A stretch of 64,000 bases of DNA from contig JAPOVF010000270.1 of assembly GCA_026708285.1 (NCBI GenBank), positions 94-64,093 on the forward strand, in the 5' to 3' direction. The notes under the pieces are model-generated. The model saw nothing but the letters and a program-made list of their open reading frames with translations, did no database searches and was not told the origin of the DNA. This DNA comes from Acidobacteriota bacterium. Lineage in GTDB: Bacteria > Acidobacteriota > Thermoanaerobaculia > Multivoradales > Multivoraceae. Every line of letters starts with the position of its first letter. Positions within the stretch are counted from its first letter, which is position 1. A program made the position numbers and the translations under genes. This document shows, piece by piece, positions 14,890 to 25,718 of the stretch.

Positions 14890-15480
14890 ATGTCCGGACT
14901 GGATGATCTCGAGACGCCAAGTCTCCTGATCGCCATGCCCCAGGTTCTGGACCCGTTCTTCTTCCGGGCGGTCGTCCTGCTGGCGGCCCACGAGGAGGGC
15001 GGTGAGGGGGGAAGTCTCGGCTTTGTCGTCAATCGGCCGAGCCAACTCAAGGTCAATGAGGTGCTCCAGGAACTCGATATCGAGTGGCTCGGCGGTTCCG
15101 AAGCGACGGCGTTCGTCGGCGGCCCGGTGCAACCGGAAGTAGGTACGGTGCTTCTGTCCCTGGATGGCTCTGCCGGGCTGGAGGCGGACGGAATCACCCA
15201 GATTGCCCCGGGCGTGGGCGCCACGCAGAACATTCTCGCGCTGCGAACGCTGGCGCGCAGCGCTCCGGACCGCATGCGGCTCCTGCTCGGTCACGCCGGC
15301 TGGGCTCCGGGTCAGTTGATGCAGGAGGTCGGTCGCAGCGACTGGTTGACGGCGCCGGTTGCGGAGTCGATCGTGTTCTCGCCCGATCCGGGCGACGCCT
15401 GGTCGACGGCGCTCGCCTCCCTGGGAATCGATCCGGGGACCTTGCCGAGCTGGACCTCCGGCGACGGCGCGTCAAACTGA
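14890..15480 (+). CDS. YqgE/AlgH family protein (UPF0301)
   Basis: LLIAMPQVLDPFFFRAVVLLAAHEE...GFVVNRP...GGPVQPE...GHAGWAPGQLMQE is the family pattern. Confidence 0.85.
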   Translation: MSGLDDLETPSLLIAMPQVLDPFFFRAVVLLAAHEEGGEGGSLGFVVNRPSQLKVNEVLQELDIEWLGGSEATAFVGGPVQPEVGTVLLSLDGSAGLEADGITQIAPGVGATQNILALRTLARSAPDRMRLLLGHAGWAPGQLMQEVGRSDWLTAPVAESIVFSPDPGDAWSTALASLGIDPGTLPSWTSGDGASN

Positions 15481-15484
15481 CTCC

Positions 15485-15937
15485 CTAGCGGCCGGTCGAG
15501 CCGAAGCCGCCGTCGTTACGCTCTCCGGCAACCGGATGCACGCCGAGCGTGTCGTCGTCACGGAACGCGATCTCCGGTACCGCGGCGACCACCATCTGGG
15601 CCAGCCTTTCGCCGCGCTCGATCGTGATCGCGCGCCGGCCCAGGTTGACGAGCAGCAGTTTGACTTCGCCGCGGTAGTCGCTGTCGATCGTGCCGGGTGC
15701 GTTGAGTACGGTCAGGCCGCGGCGGAAGGCGAGCCCGCTACGGGGCCGGAGCTGGGCCTCGTGGCCGGGCGGAAGGCCGAGGATGAGACCGGTGGGAATC
15801 AGTGCGCGGGCGCCGGGTTCGATCCGGACCGCGGCCTCGGTGCCAGCCCGCAAATCGTAGCCAGCGCTTCCCGCCGAGGCGCGCTCGGGCGGTCCGGCGG
15901 AGTGTGGCAGCAGGCGGATGCCGACGGTGACAGTCAA
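15485..15937 (-). CDS. dut: dUTP diphosphatase
   Basis: C-terminal 150 codons of ORF 15485..16531. TTG 15937 overlaps the stop of the upstream pseudopilin gene (TTGA). SAGYDL, RSGLA, GTIDSDYRGE, FGSTG motifs. Confidence 0.88.
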   Translation of the reverse strand: MTVTVGIRLLPHSAGPPERASAGSAGYDLRAGTEAAVRIEPGARALIPTGLILGLPPGHEAQLRPRSGLAFRRGLTVLNAPGTIDSDYRGEVKLLLVNLGRRAITIERGERLAQMVVAAVPEIAFRDDDTLGVHPVAGERNDGGFGSTGR

Positions 15938-16671
15938 CGGCTGCGTTCCCGGTTGCGTTCTCCGGGTGCTGTGCCGTCCTGGACCTGTCCCTCCCCGAGC
16001 ACGCCGGGTGGGAACGGTTTGCCGATCCACGCACTGGTCAGACGCGGCGGCGGACGGCCCTCCGGGACGTTGCCGGGCCTGAGCTGGATCAGCTCGCTGG
16101 TGAAGTACCAGTTCTCCACGTCCTCCTGTCCATTGAACACCCTCATGGAAGGGCCGGGCGTGGCGCTGTAGACGCCCAGGATCGGTCCAACCGTCGGCCC
16201 TTCGCCCTCCTCCTCGTTCGGAGGCGGTACGGCGGTGAGCCCGCCGCCGGCGGCGCCACCCGTCGTGCCGGCGTTGGCTGGTCCGGCACTTCCCGTCCGG
16301 CGGTTCCCCTGCTGGCCCGCGTTGCCTGGAGTTCCCTGCATCAGCAGGCCCCAGCGACCCTCCTCGTCCATCGGATTGGGCCACAACTGCCGGATGACCC
16401 GTGGTTCGACCTCGATGAGTTCCTCGAGCGCCGTCGGCAGGCGGCCCTGGCGGACCCGGAAGAGGCGGATCGCCTCGGCGTACTGAAGCCCGCGGAAGAT
16501 CAGCTCCTCCTCCTTCTGCCGCTTGGCCCAACTGCTCCAGTAAGGCAGCGCCGCGGCGATCGCGATGTTCATCACCGTGATCAGCACGGCGAGCACAACG
16601 AGGTTGTAGCCGGCCTCGGAGGATCGGTCCGCGGGACAGGCGCCGCGGTTTGTCGGGTCACCAATCGGCAT
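15934..16671 (-). CDS. minor pseudopilin-like protein lacking Glu+5 (GspK-like trait), Gly/Pro-rich centre
   Basis: Hydrophobic prepilin-like N-terminus AG/YNLVVLAVLITVMNIAIAAAL, with Val where Glu5 is expected. Then KRQKEEELIFRGLQYAEAIRLF, paralogous to the two upstream pseudopilins. ATG 16671 chosen (16683 and 16716 also possible). Confidence 0.6.
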   Translation of the reverse strand: MPIGDPTNRGACPADRSSEAGYNLVVLAVLITVMNIAIAAALPYWSSWAKRQKEEELIFRGLQYAEAIRLFRVRQGRLPTALEELIEVEPRVIRQLWPNPMDEEGRWGLLMQGTPGNAGQQGNRRTGSAGPANAGTTGGAAGGGLTAVPPPNEEEGEGPTVGPILGVYSATPGPSMRVFNGQEDVENWYFTSELIQLRPGNVPEGRPPPRLTSAWIGKPFPPGVLGEGQVQDGTAPGERNRERSR

Positions 16672-17092
16672 AGGCGCTGCCATCCAGCGAGGTCTCCTCC
16701 GAACCGGAGTGGACATCCTCGATGCCGGGATCGCCGAAGGGCGAGAGATCGGTCTCGGCCCAGGGGTCCTCGTCGGAGAGGGCGGGGAACTCGGCGAAGA
16801 CCTCCACCCAGGTTTCGCTGGTGCGGGTGATCGGATCGAGTGGGATTGCGCGCAGGTACTCCTCTTCGACGAGCGCCTGGAGGCTCGGCGGGTAGTGCCC
16901 CTTGTCGGCGTAGTGCTGTTCGATGGCGTCGCGCATGACCCGGAGGTTCTGCTTCAGCGCCGCCTCCTGCGCCCGTCTGGGCGCGTTCTTCAGCAGGGGT
17001 ACCGCGACGGCGGCGAGGATGCCGATGATCGCCATGACGATGATCAGCTCCAGCAGGGACATGCCGCGCTGGCCCATGATTCTGCGATTCAT
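16658..17092 (-). CDS. gspG: type II secretion major pseudopilin GspG-like
   Basis: Prepilin leader and methylation motif MGQRG/MSLLELIIVMAIIGILAAVAVP. Then AQEAALKQNLRVMRDAIEQHYADKGHYPPSLQALVEEEYLRAIPLDPIT, which is GspG-like. Confidence 0.82.
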   Translation of the reverse strand: MNRRIMGQRGMSLLELIIVMAIIGILAAVAVPLLKNAPRRAQEAALKQNLRVMRDAIEQHYADKGHYPPSLQALVEEEYLRAIPLDPITRTSETWVEVFAEFPALSDEDPWAETDLSPFGDPGIEDVHSGSEETSLDGSAYADW

Positions 17093-17093
17093 G

Positions 17094-17573
17094 TCACCAC
17101 TCCCGGTATGGAACGCGATTCAGACCGACGCCTTCCGAGAGGGAGTAGACGTCGTAGACGTTCTCTCCACCCCAGTTCCTGTCGTCCGGTTCATCCTGGT
17201 AGCTCCTGAGTCCCCAGTCCGCCTCGCCGGTCATCGGGTCGACCGGAATGCGGCGCAGGAACCGGACCTCGCCGTCGGCCTGGCCGATCAACTGAACCGG
17301 CTCGATCAGGATCTCGAGTTCACTCGGATAGCCGTCGGTTCCGATCTCGATCGGAATCAGACCGACGTCGCTGTAGCGCTTGTGTTCGTCGATCGCGTTG
17401 CGCAGCGTGCGCAGGTGCGCCCGGAGTTCGGCCTCCTTGATCCGCTTGTTCGTGTAGACGGCGGTCGGCAGGGCGACCGCCGCCAGCGTCAGCATCACGG
17501 TGCACACGGTGACCAGTTCCACCAGCGTGTACCCGGCCCGTCGCCATCCGCGGTTCGGGACCAACGCCCTCAC
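17094..17573 (-). CDS. pseudopilin (prepilin-type N-terminal cleavage/methylation domain)
   Basis: RRAG/YTLVELVTVCTVMLTLAAVALP, followed by KEAELRAHLRTLRNAIDEHK. 4-nt overlap with the secretin stop. Confidence 0.72.
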   Translation of the reverse strand: MRALVPNRGWRRAGYTLVELVTVCTVMLTLAAVALPTAVYTNKRIKEAELRAHLRTLRNAIDEHKRYSDVGLIPIEIGTDGYPSELEILIEPVQLIGQADGEVRFLRRIPVDPMTGEADWGLRSYQDEPDDRNWGGENVYDVYSLSEGVGLNRVPYREW

Positions 17574-19960
17574 GCCACCGTCTCCGGTCCCCGGTCGGGT
17601 GGCTCGGCATCCTGGATCAGGATTTCCAGGGGGGCAACGGTCGGCAAGGGCAGCGCTTCGAGTTCGGGGCCCTTTGGCTTCGCCCGCTCGACCGCGATCG
17701 TGGCCTGCCCCGGGCGCACGGCCCGGACCTCGAGAGCCAGCAGGTGGCCCCGGCCGGCCACTCCCGCCCGATCGCCCAGCCGGCTCAGGCCGACGATGAC
17801 CGTGCCGGGTGTCGAATCATCCGTCATCAGGGAAACCTCGCTCTGATCTCCCAGGAAGGTCCCGCCGCGGACGGCGGTCACCTCGATCCGCTCGGGGTCG
17901 TACCGCAGCCGCAGAGGCAGGTGGGAGAGCGGAGTTCGGGCCCTGATATCCAGTCGCGCCTCGAAGCTGTCGCCGACCGTCGCGCGCAGCGCCTGGGGCG
18001 CGAAGGACAGCTCGATCTCGGCGTTGGCGCCCGGGGACGATGGCTGGAGTTGAGCGAGGACGATCGCCGGGGGATGGCCGAGCAGGCCGGCGTTCCTGAA
18101 CGAACCGTCCGGCGGCGGGACGAGTTCGACGCCCAGGGGAGGTTCGTCTTCGCCCTCGCCGCCGCCTTCGGGTTCCGCGTCGCGCAGGCCCGGCGGCAGG
18201 CGCTCCTCCAGTTGCTGCCGCGTGTCGTCGTTCGACTCCTGTGGCTCGTCGAACGGGCCGTCGATCCCGGAGTCGATGCGCGGACTCGAGCCTCTGAAGA
18301 CGACGTTCTGCTCCGTGCCGACCCAGATCGGCGCCAGGTCCTCTTCGGTGATGTCCGCCCGGCGGATGATGTGCGGCGTCAGCGTGAGCACGATGTCCGT
18401 GCGCGTGTTGTCGCTCGATCTCCTGGAGAAGAGGCGGCCCAGCACCGGGATCTCGGACAGGCCGGGGATCCCGTCCTGGGTGTTCCGCTCCTCCGTGCGG
18501 ATGAGCCCGGCGAGGAAGTTCGTTTCGCCGTCGCGGAGGCGGATGCTGGTCGTGATGTTGCGGCTGCCGATGATCGGCTGGTCGCCGATCTGGCCGCTCA
18601 CGTTGCTGACCTCGATGTCGAGGTCCAGCGACACCTCTTCGTTGTGGTGGACGCGGGGTGTGATGTCCACCTGGATGCCCACGTTCTGGTACTGGTACGA
18701 GGTGATGGGCACGACGTTGCTGCCCGCGGTGTTCGCCGTGTTGAAGCTCGTCACCGGGATCGGGACCCGGTCGCCGATCGAGAACGAACTCTCCTCTCCT
18801 TCGGTGATCCGCACCTGAGGCTTGGCCAGCGTCTGCGCGTCGGTCGATCTCTTCACGAAATCGAACAGGAAGCCGGGAACGGTCAGCACCCAGTTGTTCT
18901 GGTTCAGCGACTCGACGTCCGACATCCTGAGTGGCACGTCCTCGCCGCCGATGTCGAGGCTGATGCCGAGGGTGTTCGAGTCGAGCGACAGGCCGAGATC
19001 CTGAAGCTTGGACGTGTTGATCTGCAGCAGTTCCACGTCGATGACCACTTCGGCCTTCGCCTTGTCGGCCTGCTCGATGATGCGCTCCGCGACCTTGACC
19101 TTCTCGACGCTGTCGAGCATGACGATCGCGTTCAGCCGCTCGTTGGCGGCGATGAACCGGGTGGCCAGCAGGCTGCGCAGGACGGTCATCACGTCCTTCA
19201 CGTCCGCGTTGGAGAGAAAGAAGGTCTGGATGATCCGATCTTCGTACTGCTGGCGGTTCGCCGGCGTGTTCTGGAGGATCATGATCGTCTGCTCGTCGAG
19301 CACCTTGTAGAAGTGCCCCAGGCTCTGCATCAGGATCTCCAGGCCTTCGAGCGCGGTCACCTCGCGCAGCTCGATCGGGCTGGCGATCTGCGCGTCTCGC
19401 AGGCGGGGATCGAACACGACATTGAAGCCGAACGCCTGCCCCATCGCCCGGTAGATCTCCATGAAGGTCGCGTTCGGGAAGTCGAAGGTGATCGGTTCGT
19501 CGGAGCGCGGACTCAAGACCGGCGGCATCGGTTCGGCGCCGCGGCCCTCTTCCTTGAGCTGGGAGATGGTTCTCGGGCCAAGGCCGCTGCTCTCGATCCG
19601 GGTCCGGATCTTCTCCAGTTCGGTGAGGGCGTACTGGTTCGTCGGGTCGAGCTGCACGGCGCGCTGCATCTCCAGCAGCGCGTCGCGGTCACGGCCGGCC
19701 TCCTGCAGCTTCCTGCCCTGCTCGAAGTGGGCATGGGCGGCCTGGGTCTTGGCGCGCAGCAGACCGGCCCGGTAGCGGAGATCCGAAGGATCGGCGGCGA
19801 CCAGTTCCATGTAGCGGAGGACGGCCGTGTCCCAGTCGCCCGCGAATTCGGCGTGTTGGGCTTCGCGGAAGCTCCGGTAGCCGCTGCAGGAGGCAAAGAC
19901 CACCAGAGCCAGGAGAGCCAGCGCCAGGGAGCGCAGCCGTTGTCCGTTTCGTTGTGCCAT
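17570..19960 (-). CDS. secretin (GspD/PilQ family) with lipobox+TPR-like N-terminus and cohesin-like C-terminus
   Basis: LVVFASC lipobox-like signal. TPR-like helices in about residues 30-125. Secretin_N-like repeats (TFFLSNADVKDVMTVLRSLL...). Secretin core ending IPVLGRLFSRRSSDNTRTDIVLTLTPHII. Then an acidic linker and a beta-rich tail (VGDSFEARLDIRA...LRLRYDPERIEVTAV...GHLLALEVRAV). Confidence 0.85.
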   Translation of the reverse strand: MAQRNGQRLRSLALALLALVVFASCSGYRSFREAQHAEFAGDWDTAVLRYMELVAADPSDLRYRAGLLRAKTQAAHAHFEQGRKLQEAGRDRDALLEMQRAVQLDPTNQYALTELEKIRTRIESSGLGPRTISQLKEEGRGAEPMPPVLSPRSDEPITFDFPNATFMEIYRAMGQAFGFNVVFDPRLRDAQIASPIELREVTALEGLEILMQSLGHFYKVLDEQTIMILQNTPANRQQYEDRIIQTFFLSNADVKDVMTVLRSLLATRFIAANERLNAIVMLDSVEKVKVAERIIEQADKAKAEVVIDVELLQINTSKLQDLGLSLDSNTLGISLDIGGEDVPLRMSDVESLNQNNWVLTVPGFLFDFVKRSTDAQTLAKPQVRITEGEESSFSIGDRVPIPVTSFNTANTAGSNVVPITSYQYQNVGIQVDITPRVHHNEEVSLDLDIEVSNVSGQIGDQPIIGSRNITTSIRLRDGETNFLAGLIRTEERNTQDGIPGLSEIPVLGRLFSRRSSDNTRTDIVLTLTPHIIRRADITEEDLAPIWVGTEQNVVFRGSSPRIDSGIDGPFDEPQESNDDTRQQLEERLPPGLRDAEPEGGGEGEDEPPLGVELVPPPDGSFRNAGLLGHPPAIVLAQLQPSSPGANAEIELSFAPQALRATVGDSFEARLDIRARTPLSHLPLRLRYDPERIEVTAVRGGTFLGDQSEVSLMTDDSTPGTVIVGLSRLGDRAGVAGRGHLLALEVRAVRPGQATIAVERAKPKGPELEALPLPTVAPLEILIQDAEPPDRGPETVA

Positions 19961-19972
19961 GTCCTCTGATCC

Positions 19973-20560
19973 TCAGCCGTTCGGTCGACCACCTATCGCC
20001 AGTCGCACCGCGGGTTCGTCGGGAAAGCCGACGAACAGCAGGTCGACCGACTCGTAGCCGATCCGATGTACTTGAAACCGGTCCTTGACCAGGTCGCCCG
20101 TCAGCGCGTTGTAGATCGCGGAGCCGTCCGAGAACACGGCGACCGGATCGTCGTCGCGTCCCATTGTCCCGAGGTAGACGATGTCGACGGCGGGAGGCCG
20201 AGGGCCGATCGGCGTCGGCGCCGGCGGCCTCGGTCTCTCCGGCACGACGGGCTGAACGGCGATCGGCTTGGGCTCCGGAACCGTCGCTACGGGAACGGCT
20301 CGGTCCGGCGCCGGCCGGCTGGCGAACGACCAGGGGTCGCGGGTCGCCGTGACATCCAGCGGCGTTTCGTCCAGGATGTGAGCGGCCAGTTCCACCACCT
20401 CGATCGTGGCGGATTGCAGATCCGCGTGGGTAGTGCGGGTGAAGCCGGGTCCGCCGCCGAAGGACGGCAGATAGCGCCAGGCGGCGATCACGGCGACGAC
20501 TGCGAGCAGTACCAGCAGCAGGGGCCGCGGTCGGTTTGATCGGGCTTCGGCGGCGCTCAT
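19973..20560 (-). CDS. PilP / GspC-HR-like inner-membrane-anchored assembly protein
   Basis: N-terminal anchor LLLVLLAVVAVIAAW, Pro-rich linker, C-terminal beta domain IVYLGTMGRDDDPVAVFSDGSAIYNALTGDLVKDRFQVHRIGYESVDL. Position is directly upstream of the secretin. Confidence 0.5.
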   Translation of the reverse strand: MSAAEARSNRPRPLLLVLLAVVAVIAAWRYLPSFGGGPGFTRTTHADLQSATIEVVELAAHILDETPLDVTATRDPWSFASRPAPDRAVPVATVPEPKPIAVQPVVPERPRPPAPTPIGPRPPAVDIVYLGTMGRDDDPVAVFSDGSAIYNALTGDLVKDRFQVHRIGYESVDLLFVGFPDEPAVRLAIGGRPNG

Positions 20561-21135
20561 GCTCCCGCCTCCTGACCTGAGGGTCTGGCCTCACCGACGG
20601 AGAACAGGGTCGACAGACGCAGATCGATGCGCAGGTTGGGAGTCGCTTCGCTCAGGCTGATCGATTCGAGAGCGACGAACGTGTCGGTCATCTCGAGTTC
20701 GTTGATCAGCCGCCGCAACTGCGTGTAGTTCCCTTCGATGGTGAACACCAGCGACTTCTCGACCAGCCCGTACTGCTCCAGTTGCTCCTCGGGGTAGGAG
20801 ATGGAACCCGGGTGGAGTCCGGAGCGGTCGGCGAGTTCCTTGACCTCGCGAATGAGATCGGTCAGCCGTTCCCGCTCGGTGGCGAAGCCATCGCGGTAGA
20901 GGCTCTCCACGCGGTCGCGGGTCGCCTCGACCGTCGCCACCTGGCCCTCGCGGCGGGCCACCTCCTGGGTCGCGCGGGTGCGCAGGTTTCCTACGTCGGC
21001 GATCTCGTCCTCGAGGGCCTCGAAGCGCCCGGCGTAGACCCCGCGGTACGTCGAGAGCAGGCCCGCGTTGACCACGCACAGGCCCACTCCGACCCAGAAC
21101 CAGATGCGCAGGCGCCATATCCGCCGCCGGCTCAT
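20557..21135 (-). CDS. PilO / GspM-like assembly protein
   Basis: Single N-terminal TM (IWFWVGVGLCVVNAGLL), coiled-coil segment, C-terminal alpha/beta domain. ATGA overlaps on both sides. Call rests on architecture and position. Confidence 0.5.
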   Translation of the reverse strand: MSRRRIWRLRIWFWVGVGLCVVNAGLLSTYRGVYAGRFEALEDEIADVGNLRTRATQEVARREGQVATVEATRDRVESLYRDGFATERERLTDLIREVKELADRSGLHPGSISYPEEQLEQYGLVEKSLVFTIEGNYTQLRRLINELEMTDTFVALESISLSEATPNLRIDLRLSTLFSVGEARPSGQEAGA

Positions 21136-21806
21136 GGCTGGTTCTCCATTGGCGCCGCCTGCTCTCCGGCGGCCGCGGTGTCCGCGGCGGCCTCCGGCTC
21201 GCCCGGGGCGGATCCCGGCGTGTAGGCGACGGCGATCGAGAAGTCGACGGGACCCGTGTCTTCCCTGCTTTCGTGCCGTAGTTTCGGGTCGTGGAACGAC
21301 AGGTGAGCGAACAGGGCGTCCATCAGGGACAGGAGCGCCTCATCGTCCTGGGCTTCGCCGCTGATGTCGAGCATCACGCGCGTGGCGGCGTCGGGGCCCG
21401 GCTCGGTCCGGCGCCTGCGGCTCCTCTCACTCGGCTGCGGCGCGAGGCTGCGCAGCCGCGTGTTCCATGGCAGCACCTGCTCGATGTCGGTGAAGAGCTG
21501 CCCCCACGGGAACCGTCGATCCGCGATGCGCTCGTTCAGGAACGCCACCTCGCGGTTCTGGGAAGCTACGTCGAGACGCGCGAGCTGCGAACCCAAGCGG
21601 TCGAGTTCGGCGCGATCGACGGCAAGCTGCTGCCGGAGTTCGGCGAGTTCGGTGCGAGCGTCGGCCGAGCCGGTGAGGTAACCCCAGTACAGCACCGCGT
21701 TGAGGGCCAGAAGGGCCATCCCGAGCGTCCAGAGAAGCGCCGTCAGGCGCCGCCAGGGACGGCGGTTGACGAATGGACGGGCGGCCAGGTCGACCCCGGT
21801 CTTCAT
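21132..21806 (-). CDS. PilN-like assembly protein
   Basis: N-terminus VDLAARPFVNRRPWRR followed by a TM (LLWTLGMALLALNAVLYW) and a coiled coil, the PilN layout. ATGA overlaps on both sides. Confidence 0.55.
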   Translation of the reverse strand: MKTGVDLAARPFVNRRPWRRLTALLWTLGMALLALNAVLYWGYLTGSADARTELAELRQQLAVDRAELDRLGSQLARLDVASQNREVAFLNERIADRRFPWGQLFTDIEQVLPWNTRLRSLAPQPSERSRRRRTEPGPDAATRVMLDISGEAQDDEALLSLMDALFAHLSFHDPKLRHESREDTGPVDFSIAVAYTPGSAPGEPEAAADTAAAGEQAAPMENQP

Positions 21807-22778
21807 GTCCTCACCGTCAGCGAGGCGCCGAGCATCGGCAGCGCCTGCTCTACGTCGATGTCGAGGGTTTCGGCGCCGGAGCCGAAGACTCCGTTGCCGT
21901 CGAGAATCCGGGCGGGCAGTTCCAGTCCGTCTTCGAGCCGCTCGCGCCAGATGCCGCGGCTCTCCTCCGGGGCCAGCATCAGGGCGGTTCCGGGCAGAGT
22001 TCCGTCGTCGCCGAAGATCTCTCGCTCCTCGACGAAGCTCCTGGTCAGTCGCAGGTCGCGCACCGCCAGGCTTGAAGCGACGGAAGGCGGGAGGTTCGGG
22101 TCGATGCTCTTGTACCGGAACAGGGCCGGACCCTCCTCCGAGCGCGCGAGCAGGGAGTAGCCGTCACGATGCGCGACAAGGAGCAGGAAGGCGTCCGAGT
22201 CGCCGTGGATCCGGGAAATGCCGTTGGCAGCGCTCAGGCTCTCGTTCGTGACCGCACCGATGTGGACTCCGGCGCCCCTGAACGAACCTTCGATCTGGGC
22301 CAGGACGTGCTCGATGCCGAACCCGATCAGGAAGCGGGCGGAGCCGTTGCCCGCGGCGCCAGCCCGCTTGCCGCGCACACGGAGTTCCTCGACCCGGAAC
22401 GGCACCTGCTTTCGGAGCTTGAACCGCAGCGCCTCTTCCCGCCGTTGCGGCTTCGTGGGGACCTCTTCGAGTTCGGCGAAGGTCAGCCGGAGCCAGCGGT
22501 CCGGGAGAACCAGGGCGGCAGCGGTCACCGGGCTTCCGATGGCTGTGTCGGCGGCTTGCTGCAGCTCCGAGACGACCTCATGGAACTGAGCTGGCTCTCG
22601 TAGCGGTCCCCCCAGGGCGCCTTCCTGGAAGGTGTCGGCGGGAAGCTGCCGCCGCCTCACCGCCACCAGTTCCGGGACGGATCCGTCCCGGCGGAGGAAG
22701 TGGGCCAGGACGAGCTCGCGCTCGTCGAGCAGGAACACCGACGCCGGCCCCCGAGGGTCGTCGAGGCCGACCAGGCGT

Positions 22779-24463
<1,685 letters not shown>

Positions 24464-24464
<1 letters not shown>

Positions 24465-25705
24465 CAGCCTTGGACCTGTCCGAGCACGCTGAACAGAGGC
24501 AGATACATGGAGAGAACGAGCAGCGCGATCGTGAAGCCCATCACGACCAGCATCACCGGCTCGATCAGGGAGAGCAGGCGCTCGGTGCGGGTCTCGACGT
24601 CCTCGTCCAGAAAGTCGGAGACGCTGTTCACCATCTCGTCCAGCGCTCCGGTCGCTTCACCGACCTTGACCATGTCGATCGCGAGATCGGTGAACGCCTC
24701 GGATTCCTCGAGTGCCACATGGAAGGCAGCGCCCTCTCGAATCCGCGGGCCAAGAGCCGACGCGCGGCGGTGGAGGAATCGGTTCGTGACCGCGGAGGTC
24801 GCAGTGTCAAGCGCAGCGGCCAGCGGCAGTCCGCCGTGCAGCAGGGTGGCCAGGGAACGGCAGAACTCGGACAGCGCGAAGCGGTGGAGGATCGGTCCGA
24901 TGATCGGCAGCCGCAGCTTCAGACCGTCGACGACGGCGCCCAGGCGACCGCTGCGTCCAACCCTCCAGGCGGCCCAGACGGCGATGATCGCCGCTGCGAC
25001 CAGGAGCAGTGTGGTCGGGTTGCGCAACAGCGCCGACAGGCCGAGCAGCATCTGCGTGATCCAGGGCAGGTCGAGGTCGAGAGCCTGGTAGAACTCCTCG
25101 AAGCGTGGCATGACGAAGAACATCATCACGGCCACGATGCCGACCGACAGGCAGACCAGCAGCGCCGGGTAGAACAGCGCGCTGACGACGCGCTTGCGTG
25201 AACTGGTGACCAGTTTGAGTTGACGGACGTAACGGCGGATCACCTGCTCCAGGCCGCCGCTCTGCTCGCCGGCCTTGAGCATCGACGCGTAGATCGGCGG
25301 GAACGCCCCGCCGGCCTCGGCGAATGCGTCGGAAAGCTCGGCGCCGCTCTCGACCCGGTCCTTGATCTCGGCCAGCGCTTCCCTGAACGCGGTGTTGCGC
25401 TGCCGCTCGTGCATCAGCTCCAGGCATTGGAGCAGGGGCAGTCCGGCGCCGAGGAGGCCGGCCATCTGCTGATTGAAGACGAGGAAATCGGGGCCGGGGA
25501 TCGCCTTGCGCGAGCTGCCCTGTCCGCTCGCGGAGGCGGACCCCAGCAGCGATCCCAGCATGTGCTGCAGGCCGCGGCGTCTGATCTCGAAGACATGGAG
25601 CCCGCGACGCTCGATCTCGCGCCGCGCGCTCCTCAGATCGGGAGCCTCGTGAATCTGCTCGACGATGCGACCGTCGGCAGTGCCGAGCCGGCAGACGAAC
25701 TGCAT
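24464..25705 (-). CDS. gspF: type II secretion / type IV pilus platform protein (GspF/PilC family)
   Basis: 413 aa with two repeated GspF-type domains and three TM segments. Stop shares 1 nt with the gspE start (TGATG). Confidence 0.88.
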
Positions 25706-25718
25706 GACCGGGATCGCC

